A program made the translations under genes and the position numbers. Positions 20,025-29,666 of a stretch of 64,000 bases of DNA are shown here, piece after piece; within the stretch, counting starts at the first letter, position 1; each line of letters opens with the position of its first letter. The stretch is from assembly GCA_965248755.1 (NCBI GenBank), contig OZ252149.1:1440001-1504000 (forward strand), in the 5' to 3' direction. Origin of the DNA: Candidatus Latescibacterota bacterium (GTDB lineage: Bacteria > Latescibacterota > CBDEFO01). The notes below the pieces were generated by a model. The model saw only the letters and a list, made by a program, of their open reading frames with translations, did not search any database and had not been told where the DNA came from.

Positions 20025-20969
20025 ATGGGAACACGATGGACCTTTCATCTCGCAGCTCTGCTGAGTTTCCTGTTGCTTCCGGTGGTGTCAGGTCTTGCTC
20101 AGGAAAATGCCGCAGATCCAACACAAACCAGTCTATCAAAGTCGAAAATCGCTTTCGTGTCATACCCCAAGAACAGCTACTATTACACCACTTCGACAAT
20201 CCCCGAATTGAGAACCTCTGAAATTTACGTGATGAACGCTGATGGAACAGACCCAATAAGACTGACCTACAACACGGTGAAGGACTTCCTGCCCTCCTGG
20301 TCTCCGGACGGAACTAAGATCGCGTTTGTTTCATATCGCGATGGCAACGGGGAAATCTACGTGATGGACGCTGACGGGACAAACCCGATAAGGCTCACCA
20401 ACAACTCCGAGTACGACACCGCGCCTTCCTGGTCGCCGGATGGGACAAAGATCGCCTTTCGGTCACACCGCGATGGCAACTATGAGATCTATGTGATGAA
20501 CGCTGACGGAGCAGACCCGATAAGGCTGACCCACAACCCGGCGCGCGACGGTTTCCCTTCTTGGTCTCCGGATGGGAGGCAGATTATCTTTATGTCAGAT
20601 TCCGATGGCGACTATGAAATCTATGTGATGAATGCTGACGGCACAGACCCGATAAGGGTGACTGACAACACGGCGGATGATTTTAGACCTTCCTGGTCTC
20701 CGGATGGGCAGAAGATCCTCTTTTGGTCACACCGCGATGACAACTATGAAATCTACGTGATGCATACTGACGGGACAAACCAGACACGGCTGACCGATAA
20801 CAAAGAGTCGGACTTCTCGCCTTCTTGGTCTCCGGATGGGACGAAGATTGTCTTTCAGTCAACTCGCGATGGCAACTATGAAATCTACGTGATGGACGCA
20901 GACGGGACAAACCAGACACGGCTGACCGACAACCCGGCGGACGACGGCACACCTTCTTGGTCGCCGTGA
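20025..20969 (+). CDS. Secreted TolB-like PD40-repeat beta-propeller protein
   Basis: Signal peptide plus six 44-aa repeats EIYVMxADGTxxxRLTxNxxxDxxPSWSPDG. Confidence 0.88.
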   Translation: MGTRWTFHLAALLSFLLLPVVSGLAQENAADPTQTSLSKSKIAFVSYPKNSYYYTTSTIPELRTSEIYVMNADGTDPIRLTYNTVKDFLPSWSPDGTKIAFVSYRDGNGEIYVMDADGTNPIRLTNNSEYDTAPSWSPDGTKIAFRSHRDGNYEIYVMNADGADPIRLTHNPARDGFPSWSPDGRQIIFMSDSDGDYEIYVMNADGTDPIRVTDNTADDFRPSWSPDGQKILFWSHRDDNYEIYVMHTDGTNQTRLTDNKESDFSPSWSPDGTKIVFQSTRDGNYEIYVMDADGTNQTRLTDNPADDGTPSWSP

Positions 20970-20972
20970 CTG

Positions 20973-21068
20973 TCCCCCGAATGAATCTACCCCCGATTGA
21001 ACCCCCAATTGTGATCCTCTATTGAATCTATAGGGGGTTGGGGGTTGGGGGTTGGGGACTATCGGGGG
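20973..21068. repeat. Nested stack of the short palindromic element
   Basis: Left arms cccccgaatgaatcta, cccccgattgaa, cccccaattg; core cctctattgaatctatagggg; right arms gttgggg x3 and actatcggggg. Confidence 0.65.
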
Positions 21069-21126
21069 TAGATGTCACTTAGTATCCGACAGTTCCGAAG
21101 AAAATACAATTTATTAAAAAAAGTTC

Positions 21127-21155
21127 TTGACATTCAAAAGAGAATTTAGTATGAT
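21127..21155 (+). promoter_or_regulatory. Sigma70 promoter, copy 1
   Basis: TTGACA-17 nt-TATGAT with an A-rich upstream tract. Confidence 0.75.
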
Positions 21156-21414
21156 AAACGTTGAATCGTATTTATCTCGATTTGACTATGATTTCATAGG
21201 TTGTCGTTCAAACTATAGGTACGAGCACTTATTGAAACTATTTTGAACTGTTTTGACCTATAACGACGTCATAACAAAAAAGGGAGGTGGTGTCGAGACA
21301 GCGATTAGGAACATGGTAACCGCGAAAGGAGGTGGTAGCTAGGAGCGAAAAGAGTTGTAGTATTAAGGTTTTCGTTGTAGAAACTTATCATCTTAAACAA
21401 GAGAGTTAAACAAA

Positions 21415-22338
21415 ATGAAGAAGATAGTTTCCATTGGCTTAGTACTGGGTGTTGTCCTTCTCGCCGCTTCTATGAGTTATGCTCACATGGGCGAGGACTT
21501 TTTCGCTGTCCAGGTGCCCATTGATATGATGTCGCCGGTCCAGAACGTTGTACTCGACGGTGACGAAAGCGATTGGGATATGGTTGACCCGGCTTTCTGG
21601 ATAACTCACGACGACCTGGTAGAGAACCAGAATGAACAGGGTATAAACGCCGCTGACCTGGGCGAGAGGATAATCGTAGGGTGGAGTCCTGATAGCAACA
21701 AGATTTACTGGTTTGAGGATAGATTTGACGATTGCTGGTGGGGTATGAACACATTAGCCGGTCAGGAGGGTGTTGAGCTTGTCATCGATGCTGACCACAG
21801 CGGCGGACGGTACATGGTAACGAATAATATAGACCTGGATCCACTCAGGTTCGACGGATCTCATGCACAAAATTATCGCTATTATCCGGCCCGAGAAGAT
21901 CCGGTCTGGCATTGGGGAAATGCTACGTGGAATTACGTGGCTCCTTTTGCCGAGTTCGGCTGGAGCTTTGATGGTACCGAGGACGGTGGCGCGGGAACCG
22001 CGACTATTGAGATGGCTGTGACGGCGTTTGACGATCTTAATCCTTCAGGTTTAGGGGATAGCATCGTACACCAATTTACAGAGGCAGATGGCGGTGAGAA
22101 AGTCATAGGCTTAGGCTTTCAAGTTCAAGACACTGACTGCGATGAGGGCATACCTAACACAGGCATACCGCCAAGTGGCGGTGGCAACTACACGAGCAAC
22201 GGTGGCGGGACAACGATGAACCAGGATACTGACTTCCTCAATGACTTCACCCTGCTTTCTTTTGATCAGGATCAATGGGGAACAGCAGTTGAGTCTGACA
22301 CCTGGGGCCGTATCAAGTCCAGCTTCAACAAAAATTAG
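21415..22338 (+). CDS. Secreted CBM9/DOMON-like protein with C-terminal AVESDTWGRIK tail, paralog 1
   Basis: Signal peptide ending SYA; VLDGDESDW, ELVIDAD, IEMAV, IGLGFQVQDTD. The fold call is by motif resemblance only. Confidence 0.7.
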   Translation: MKKIVSIGLVLGVVLLAASMSYAHMGEDFFAVQVPIDMMSPVQNVVLDGDESDWDMVDPAFWITHDDLVENQNEQGINAADLGERIIVGWSPDSNKIYWFEDRFDDCWWGMNTLAGQEGVELVIDADHSGGRYMVTNNIDLDPLRFDGSHAQNYRYYPAREDPVWHWGNATWNYVAPFAEFGWSFDGTEDGGAGTATIEMAVTAFDDLNPSGLGDSIVHQFTEADGGEKVIGLGFQVQDTDCDEGIPNTGIPPSGGGNYTSNGGGTTMNQDTDFLNDFTLLSFDQDQWGTAVESDTWGRIKSSFNKN

Positions 22339-22364
22339 AGGAGGAAGAACACGATCAGATGTCT

Positions 22365-22400
22365 GGAGGGGGGCGAACTTTATCGCTCCCCTTCTTTCTT
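22365..22400 (+). terminator. Rho-independent terminator
   Basis: ggaggggggcga-loop-tcgctccccttc followed by tttctt. Confidence 0.7.
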
Positions 22401-22620
22401 GTTAGCAGAATCTTTGGGCGGTTGTTCCAGACGAGGTGCCCTGCTGCGATTTGCTCCTGTTGATTAGGGATCCTCGAAGATATCTAATATTTGAAAGGCA
22501 ACCCAACACAGATAAAAGATTATATATTACTCTATGAACGCACCGAAGGAGCAACAAAATTACCCCTGTTGAAAAAATGAAGCATTTGAAACTAACACAT
22601 GATAGATTCGTAGCTATTAT

Positions 22621-22868
22621 TAGCCAGATTAATTCATAAACTTCGTGGAGTCATTGCGAGGAGCAAAGCGACGAAGCAATCTCAAGGTTTTATAGTGGTC
22701 TCCCATGAGAGCCCGAGAGTATTACATCTACAACAGAATCGAGATTGCTTCGCCTTCGGCTCGCAATGACGTCGAAGATGGTTAAACCGCATAACTATAC
22801 TATAATACAATCCCATAATACAATCCCATAATTAATGTACGGCCTTTTTTTGTGAATTATTCGGGCTA
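22621..22868 (-). mobile_element. MITE-like element, copy 2 (248 bp, with a 13-bp internal duplication)
   Basis: TA-GCCAGATTAATT...AATTATTCGGGC-TA; taatacaatccca repeated twice; absent from the paralogous flank near 24582. Confidence 0.85.
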
Positions 22869-22897
22869 AAGAAAATACAATTTATCAAAAATAGTTC

Positions 22898-22927
22898 TTG
22901 ACATTCAAAAGAGATTATAAGTATAAT
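22898..22927 (+). promoter_or_regulatory. Extra partial promoter copy upstream of paralog 2
   Basis: TTGACA-18 nt-TATAAT; 22869..22990 is a third copy of the promoter and leader start. Confidence 0.65.
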
Positions 22928-23091
22928 AAACGTTGAATCGTATTTATCTCGATTTGACTATGATTTCACAGGTTGTCGTTCAAGCTATACTAATATAGGG
23001 AAGAGAACTAATTTGGGTCGGGGACTATGGGGATAGGCATCACACAGTATCCGACAGTTCCGAAGAAAATACAATTTATTTAAAAAAGTTC

Positions 23092-23120
23092 TTGACATTC
23101 AAAAGAGAATTTAGTATGAT
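23092..23120 (+). promoter_or_regulatory. Sigma70 promoter, copy 2
   Basis: TTGACA-17 nt-TATGAT. Confidence 0.75.
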
Positions 23121-23379
23121 GAAGGTTGAATCGTATTTATCTCGATTTGACTATTATTTCATAGGTTGTCGTTCAAACTATAGGTACGAGCATTTATTGA
23201 AACTATTTTGAACTGTTTTGACCTATAACGACGTCATAACAAAAAAGGGAGGTGGTGTCGAGACAGCGATTAGGAACATGGTAACCGCGAAAGGAGGTGG
23301 TAGCTAGGAGCGAAAAGAGTTGTAGTATTAAGGTTTTCGTTGTAGAAACTTATCATCTTAAACAAGAGAGTTAAACAAA

Positions 23380-24303
23380 ATGAAGAAGATAGTTTCGATT
23401 GGCTTAGTACTGGGTGTTGTCCTTCTCGCCGCTTCTATGAGTTATGCTCACATGGGCGAGGACTTTTTCGCTGTCCAGGTGCCCATTGATATGATGTCGC
23501 CGGTCCAGAACGTTGTACTCGACGGTGACGAAAGCGATTGGGATATGGTTGACCCGGCTTTCTGGATAACTCACGACGATCTGGTAGAGAACCAGAATGA
23601 ACAGGGTATAAACTCCGCTGACCTGGCCGAGAGGATAATCATAGGGTGGAGTCCAGAGAGCAACATGGTTTACTGGTTTGAGGAAAGATTTGACGATTGC
23701 TGGTGGGGTATGGACGCAGCCGCCGGTCAGGAGGGTGTTGAGCTTGTCATCGATGCCGACCACAGCGGTGGACAGTACAATCGCATGCAAACAGTAGACG
23801 AGGATCCAGCCAGGTGGAACGGATCTCACGCACAGAATTGGCGCTATTATCCGGCCCGAGAGGATCCGGTCTGGCATTGGGGAAATGCTACATGGGTATT
23901 CGTGGCTCCTTTTGCCGAGTTCGGCTGGAGCTGGGATGGTACCGAGAACAGTGGCCCGGGCACCGCGACTATTGAGATGTCCGTGACGGCGTTTGACGAT
24001 CTGAATCCTACAGGTATAGGGGATAGTATAGTACACCAATTTACAGAGGCAGATGGCGATGAGAAAGTCATAGGATTAGGCTTTATGGTTCAAGACACTG
24101 ACTGCACGACAGGCTTAGCCAAAACAGGCATGGTGAATAGTGGCGGTGGCAACTACACGAGCAACGGGGGCTCGACAACGATGAACCAGAATGCTGACTT
24201 CATCAATGACTTCACCCTGCTTTCTTTTGATCAGGATCAATGGCCCACTGCAGTTGAGTCTGACACCTGGGGCCGCATCAAGTCCAGCTTCAACAAAAAT
24301 TAG
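23380..24303 (+). CDS. Secreted CBM9/DOMON-like protein with C-terminal AVESDTWGRIK tail, paralog 2
   Basis: Same length (307 aa) as paralog 1, identical N-terminal ~78 aa and last residues, divergent internal patches. Confidence 0.7.
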   Translation: MKKIVSIGLVLGVVLLAASMSYAHMGEDFFAVQVPIDMMSPVQNVVLDGDESDWDMVDPAFWITHDDLVENQNEQGINSADLAERIIIGWSPESNMVYWFEERFDDCWWGMDAAAGQEGVELVIDADHSGGQYNRMQTVDEDPARWNGSHAQNWRYYPAREDPVWHWGNATWVFVAPFAEFGWSWDGTENSGPGTATIEMSVTAFDDLNPTGIGDSIVHQFTEADGDEKVIGLGFMVQDTDCTTGLAKTGMVNSGGGNYTSNGGSTTMNQNADFINDFTLLSFDQDQWPTAVESDTWGRIKSSFNKN

Positions 24304-24327
24304 AGGAGGGTAACGGTAAGATATTCA

Positions 24328-24363
24328 GGAGGGGGGCGAATTTTATCGCTCCCCTTCTTTCTT
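24328..24363 (+). terminator. Rho-independent terminator
   Basis: Copy of 22365..22400. Confidence 0.7.
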
Positions 24364-24680
24364 GTTAGCAGAATCTTTGGGCCGCTATTCCAGACTTAAA
24401 GCCCTGCTGAGATTTGCTCCTGTTGATTAGGATCCTCGAAAATATCGAATATTTGAAAGGCAACCCACACAGATAAAAGATTATATATTACTCTATCTAA
24501 CGCACCGAAGGGGGAACAAAATTACCCCTGTTGAAAAAATGAAGCATTTGAAACTAACACAAGATAGATTCGTAGCTATTATCAGGAACTAAAGAAAAAA
24601 TATCCTGAAAATTCGTTGCTGTATCGGAACAAAAGTGTTGTAGAGCACGGCAAGGATTTACCATACGGAGGTGAAAGTTC

Positions 24681-26795
24681 TTGGCATCAACAGTAGGTAG
24701 TATTTTATGTAAGCTGACAGGATTGATTCTGCTTGCGTTGATGGGCATGATTATCTTTGTGGATGACGCATCCTCTGCGATTATCTATAGAATCGGTAGC
24801 CCCTTTTCACGTGCAGAAGAGGACAGTCTCCTGGGAATAGGGTTTAAGTCCGAGGAGATCAGGGAGATCAAGTGGAAAGATTATGAGTCGGTGAATACCC
24901 TCGACGTGGATTCCCTGGAAGCGGCGGATGTCGGCTCAATTCAACCCAAGTTTATCAGGGAGGGTGAGAGCATAGCCACAACGGCTCGGGACCGAGAAGG
25001 ATGGGTAACCATGGGTACCCAAGGAGATGAGTCGACAGGCAGCTTCAAGAGGCATGAAATCGAAGGCAACGTGGGGAATAACCTAATAGATGGAGATTTT
25101 ACCACGGCTTTTGTGTGGCCTCAGGGGCCACACCGAGGGGGCGCAAGATGTTCTAAGGCCAATGGCCGGGTGGTCATTTCCTTAGGCGGTCTATTTCTGG
25201 TCAACGAAGTAAGATTCTCCCCTCGTCAGGAACATCCGGAGCGCTTTTTACCGGAATACGAATTGGGTCTCAGCCAGGGCCTCCCGGAGGATTTCGAGGG
25301 TTTCGGTTTTCCTGGACCAGGAGGGCAGCAGGGAGGGCATCGCAAGGGCAACTTGTGTCGAGGACAATTATTCATCCCGGACTTCCCAAATTTGCCCAAT
25401 TACACGCACCTGGAGCGTGTAGAGCATGTGCCAATTAACAATCTATCTCCTGTAGTTAGCTTCACCTTTCAGCCACCGCAGAGGGTCGCTTATCTGGGGT
25501 TGTTTATCTGGCGCACATCGCAAAAGGCGATAGAGATCGCTGAGATTGAAGTCCTCGGACCGGGCTTTGTACCTGGTGCCTCTTATATAGCTGACATAAT
25601 TGAGTTGGATAAGAGCGCCACTTTGGGAGAGATCACGTGGTCGGGGAGGCGTGATCCCAAAGCCAGGGTTGAGATCAGAACAAGGAGCGGAAAAGATCCC
25701 CAACCGGACGTCTACTGGGAACTCAGACGGGCGCAGAATACGCTGGTAGAAATTCCTCCGACCGATGCTACAACCGGAGAAGTGCTCAGTTCAAAGGGGT
25801 ACAAACAAAAATACGATAATGTGAATAAGCCTGATCAAGGTGGAGTTACTGACGATACGCAAAACTGGAGCTTCTGGTCACAACCTTACGTTTTTGAGAG
25901 TCCGGGAACAGACATATTCTCTCCGGGCCCCCGCAAGTTCTTTCAGATAAAGGTGGATTTTTTCTCTTTTGGTCAGGACGGGGGCAAGATCGACTATTTA
26001 CAGTTTAAGGCCTCTGTGACTCCTGCGGCTTCGACTCTAGTAGGTGAGATATTCCCAGTGGAGGTCGAGATAGCAAAGACGACACAGTTTACTTATTTTA
26101 TCAATTCGGAGATCAGAGTTGGCGATACTGGATTCGATACCGTGGAGATTTTAACGCCTTTTGGGGTTACTTCGGTCGATTTGCTCAGAATAGATGGCAT
26201 CGACATTAATCGGGAAGATTTTACCCTGATGCTAAGGGAAGACGGCTTTGAGGTTAAGTTGCCGAGAAAGATGGAGATGGAAGACAGTGGATCTCTAATT
26301 GAAATGGTCTTCAACGCTCCTGTTTTGAGGGAACGCGGTACGATTTTTGACGGCAGGGTGTTTGACAGCGCCCTGCCACACGAGGTCCGTCAGAGGATCA
26401 AGGAGGGTAATGCGGCAGATGAGATAGAAAGCGATGTTCTTTCTGTAATTACGTCTTTGGACGCACCGTTACTCTCCTCCGTTGAGGTTGAACCAGACCC
26501 CTTCACACCCAATGGGGATGGTATCAACGATGAGTTGAAGATATCTTATGACCTTTTGAAGGTGACCGCTCCTGTTCCTGTCTCAGTAGATATATACGAT
26601 CTGTCGGGTCTCCTTATAAAGAACGTGTATTCTGGGGTTGATCCCGCAGGAGAATATACAGGAGAAGATGCCCGGGTTTGGGATGGGACAGACAGCGACA
26701 ATAATTTTGTTCCGCCTGGAATATATCTGTATCGCATATCGGTGGAGGCTGAGCAAGAGGAGACTGAGAGCGGTACTGTCTCTGTTGTCTATTAA
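24681..26795 (+). CDS. Secreted protein with discoidin-like domain and C-terminal CHU_C/FlgD-Ig-like sorting domain (paralog A)
   Basis: TTG after GGAGGTG; signal peptide; VISLGGLFLVNEVRF; WSFWSQPY...SPGPRKFFQ; C-terminal PDPFTPNGDGIND...IYDLSG...WDG...VPPGIYL...VSVVY. Confidence 0.8.
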   Translation: MASTVGSILCKLTGLILLALMGMIIFVDDASSAIIYRIGSPFSRAEEDSLLGIGFKSEEIREIKWKDYESVNTLDVDSLEAADVGSIQPKFIREGESIATTARDREGWVTMGTQGDESTGSFKRHEIEGNVGNNLIDGDFTTAFVWPQGPHRGGARCSKANGRVVISLGGLFLVNEVRFSPRQEHPERFLPEYELGLSQGLPEDFEGFGFPGPGGQQGGHRKGNLCRGQLFIPDFPNLPNYTHLERVEHVPINNLSPVVSFTFQPPQRVAYLGLFIWRTSQKAIEIAEIEVLGPGFVPGASYIADIIELDKSATLGEITWSGRRDPKARVEIRTRSGKDPQPDVYWELRRAQNTLVEIPPTDATTGEVLSSKGYKQKYDNVNKPDQGGVTDDTQNWSFWSQPYVFESPGTDIFSPGPRKFFQIKVDFFSFGQDGGKIDYLQFKASVTPAASTLVGEIFPVEVEIAKTTQFTYFINSEIRVGDTGFDTVEILTPFGVTSVDLLRIDGIDINREDFTLMLREDGFEVKLPRKMEMEDSGSLIEMVFNAPVLRERGTIFDGRVFDSALPHEVRQRIKEGNAADEIESDVLSVITSLDAPLLSSVEVEPDPFTPNGDGINDELKISYDLLKVTAPVPVSVDIYDLSGLLIKNVYSGVDPAGEYTGEDARVWDGTDSDNNFVPPGIYLYRISVEAEQEETESGTVSVVY

Positions 26796-26823
26796 GTACA
26801 TGGTAAGCTGGAGGTGTTTTGTT

Positions 26824-29649
26824 ATGAAGTGGAGAATAGTTTGTCTATTATGCGCAATAGCGTGGGGCGTACTCTTGAAAGACTCGGTCGTTTGGGGTCA
26901 GCAGGTGGGACATTCTATCCAAGGCAACAGGGTCGTCATAGATTCGGAAGAGCATTGGTCTGCCTGGAAGTCCGCTCCAAAGACGATTCAGATCACCGAT
27001 GAGGGAGTAAGACCCTTCTTCATTCGCAAGAGCACAGAAATAGAGATAGATGGCCAGATAGTGAGAGTTCCCGGCATAAACGCCTCCTTGAACGCACCTG
27101 AGTTTGGAGGAGATGACTTCGCATTGGAGGCAGGTTCTAACCCTTCAAAGGTCTCCGACCTTTTAGATGGTAGAATGGATACCTTCTGGGAGCCGGACAG
27201 GAATGATCCCATAGAGGATTGGTGGGTGCGGATCGATCTGGGACGGGCTGTAACCGCCACCAAGGTTGTCCTCAAGTTCGTCGGGGAGGATCTTGGAAAT
27301 CCGTTTTTGCAGTTTAAGGTCCTCACGTCTCAGGGGTTAGAGGACAATAAAATTCTTAGAACCAGACAAGTCTTCACTACCGACAAGCCGCTCAAGGATA
27401 AGAGAGTCGTTGAGGTCGAATTGACTCTGACGGGTAAATTCGTCCGAGGCGGGTCACGAACTCCTTCTGGTTCAGCTGAAAAAATTGAGGAATTTAGCGG
27501 CGACGCTATCAGATATGTGACCGTTCAGATAACAGATAGCGATTTCGGAAAGGAGAGGCCGGTCTCCAAGGCTGCGTTTGAGAGTCTCGAGTCCAACAGA
27601 ATGGGAGATATAGAGTACTTCAGAAAGGCAGCATCGGGAAGGTTACGGTTGCTATCGGGGAAAGAAGTCTGGGAGGATTTAGATGAGAGTAAACAAGGTC
27701 CTGTAGTCCATTACCGTAGGGAGCTTCCGAGGTTGGCTGAGTTGGAGGTCTGGTCAATTGGCGACAACGTCGCTTTGGGCGTAATAGATCGTGGTGGCAC
27801 TTTAAGTAGCCTCGAAAACAGGAATGAAGAGCGTGTAGTCAATGGCGATATCACAGATGTCTGGTTGGGCAAACAAGGTTTTGAAGCCTCAAATGTACCG
27901 CCGTCTGAGCCTCTGGATGTCGAGCGCGACTTGTTTATAGACCTTGGAGGAACTTTCTTTTTAGATAACGTCCGGGTGATCATGTCACTCACTGAACCTC
28001 CCAGTGGATTTCACGCATACTTCCTGAAGGTTTCGGACGGCTCCCTGGCTGCCGACGAGGGTGTATCCTTTAAAACTGTGGCGTCGAAGAGTGGTATAGG
28101 CAGTGAAGATGCATTTCACAGCCACAACTTCGAGCTTACCAAAGTAAGATTTTTCAAATTTACCACCTCGTTCATAGCAAATCCAACAGGAGGAGGAGGA
28201 ACACCCGCAGGATTAGCGGAGCTACAATTTTTCGGAGAGGGCTTCGTGGCGAAGTCCCAGATCGAGTCTGTCTTTGAAGAAGGATCTCCTTTTATCGAGC
28301 TGGGGACTTCAAAGAATCTGGTTTCCATAGAGTGGGATGCAGATACTCCGCCAGGCACAGATGTTATCATTCAGACAAAGACAGGGGATACGTCAGAGAC
28401 GGAATACCGCTACTTTGACTTAGGCAGGAAGAAAGAATTTACGACGAATAGAAGGGGCGAATCGCCCAAAGTACAATATGAAAAGAAGGTTAACCTATTT
28501 TGGAAAAAGAGAGATCCAGACCCACCCACCCTGAAAGACGTATGCAGCAAAGGCGAGGATGTCATTGACCAAAATCTCTGTCGAAAATGGCTGGTCGATG
28601 AAAACACGAACTTTGAGGTTGGGCCCATAGATGCTGACATCCTCCCGGGGAATGACTGGAGCGGTTGGAGCCAGCCCTATGAGCATCCGGGGGATAAGAT
28701 CACGTCTCCGAGTCCCAGAAAATTCCTTTCGATCAGGGCTACGTTATTGACGGATGATCCTCAGGAGTCTGCCACTTTGCGTTCAGTGACACTTAATTTC
28801 CTAAATCCTGTGGCTGCAAATGTCGTCGGCGAGATAAAACCCAGCCGTCTGGATAAGCTGGGTGTCAATCAGGAATTTTCCTATTTCATCCGTCCGACGT
28901 TCGATCCTCAAAACCAAGAGCAAGAGTTCGATGAGATCCTTATTGAAGCGCCTCCGGGAGTCAGGATGAACTTTAAGCAGGTCAATAAGTGGGAGGATGA
29001 AAGCATTGAAGACATGATCATAAATGGCCTTCTGAGGGAACCTGATGAAAGTTATACAGTTCGAAGCAAAGATTTTGAGGTTTTATCTAGAGATGAGTCC
29101 GATTCTCTGTGGGTGCATCTGCCGAGTCTTATCGGGACGACTACAGACGCTGTTCTTATCGAGGTGCAGTTTGAAGCGACCTTGTTCGGATTCAGCACAT
29201 TTTTTGACGGTTCTATCGGCAACTCCTTTTCCGATGAGGTTTCATGGCAGAGGGTGGATGACGGAGATGCAAACGGCGTTACAGACAGTGAAAAGACAAT
29301 AGTATTAGCCCTTGAAGGAAATAAGATATTAGACAATATTGTGGTAGATCCTGAGATTTTTACACCCAATGGAGATGGTATCAACGATGAGACGTCAATA
29401 AGCTTTTCCCTATTGCGTTTGGCATTGAGTCAGGTCCAGGTTCAAATATACGATCTTAGCGGCAATATAGTTGTTGAATTGCTCAATGATTCCCTCTCTT
29501 CTGGGGCACATACGGTGACCTGGGCTGGCGTCGATAAGTCAGGAGACTTAGTCCCTCCCGGTATATATCTTTTAAGAATTAATATTGATACCGATTCAGG
29601 TTCGGCAGAAGATACTTCTGTCAACCGGTTAGTGAGCGTTGCTTATTAG
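26824..29649 (+). CDS. Secreted protein with discoidin-like domains and C-terminal CHU_C/FlgD-Ig-like domain (paralog B)
   Basis: ATG 26824 after GGAGGTG; WVRIDLGRAV, FIDLGGTF; WSGWSQPY...SPSPRKFL; PEIFTPNGDGIND...VPPGIYL...VSVAY. Confidence 0.8.
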   Translation: MKWRIVCLLCAIAWGVLLKDSVVWGQQVGHSIQGNRVVIDSEEHWSAWKSAPKTIQITDEGVRPFFIRKSTEIEIDGQIVRVPGINASLNAPEFGGDDFALEAGSNPSKVSDLLDGRMDTFWEPDRNDPIEDWWVRIDLGRAVTATKVVLKFVGEDLGNPFLQFKVLTSQGLEDNKILRTRQVFTTDKPLKDKRVVEVELTLTGKFVRGGSRTPSGSAEKIEEFSGDAIRYVTVQITDSDFGKERPVSKAAFESLESNRMGDIEYFRKAASGRLRLLSGKEVWEDLDESKQGPVVHYRRELPRLAELEVWSIGDNVALGVIDRGGTLSSLENRNEERVVNGDITDVWLGKQGFEASNVPPSEPLDVERDLFIDLGGTFFLDNVRVIMSLTEPPSGFHAYFLKVSDGSLAADEGVSFKTVASKSGIGSEDAFHSHNFELTKVRFFKFTTSFIANPTGGGGTPAGLAELQFFGEGFVAKSQIESVFEEGSPFIELGTSKNLVSIEWDADTPPGTDVIIQTKTGDTSETEYRYFDLGRKKEFTTNRRGESPKVQYEKKVNLFWKKRDPDPPTLKDVCSKGEDVIDQNLCRKWLVDENTNFEVGPIDADILPGNDWSGWSQPYEHPGDKITSPSPRKFLSIRATLLTDDPQESATLRSVTLNFLNPVAANVVGEIKPSRLDKLGVNQEFSYFIRPTFDPQNQEQEFDEILIEAPPGVRMNFKQVNKWEDESIEDMIINGLLREPDESYTVRSKDFEVLSRDESDSLWVHLPSLIGTTTDAVLIEVQFEATLFGFSTFFDGSIGNSFSDEVSWQRVDDGDANGVTDSEKTIVLALEGNKILDNIVVDPEIFTPNGDGINDETSISFSLLRLALSQVQVQIYDLSGNIVVELLNDSLSSGAHTVTWAGVDKSGDLVPPGIYLLRINIDTDSGSAEDTSVNRLVSVAY

Positions 29650-29666
29650 TTTTTATTGAGGGAGGT

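Larger units (their letters stand above)
21040..24598 (+). repeat. Tandem duplication (~2-kb period) of promoter, leader, gene, terminator and downstream flank
   Basis: 21082..21414 is nearly identical to 23046..23379, the genes are paralogs, and 22365..22620 matches 24328..24582. Confidence 0.92.

Noticed and set aside
21415..24303. Diversity-generating retroelement (TR/VR) explanation for the paralog pair, and likewise for the enolase array
   Set aside because: Differences involve all four bases rather than only adenines, both copies are full genes with their own promoters, and no reverse transcriptase is in the window.
26638..26823. Long overlap of paralog B with paralog A as given in the ORF track
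   Set aside because: A strong SD and signal peptide support ATG 26824.
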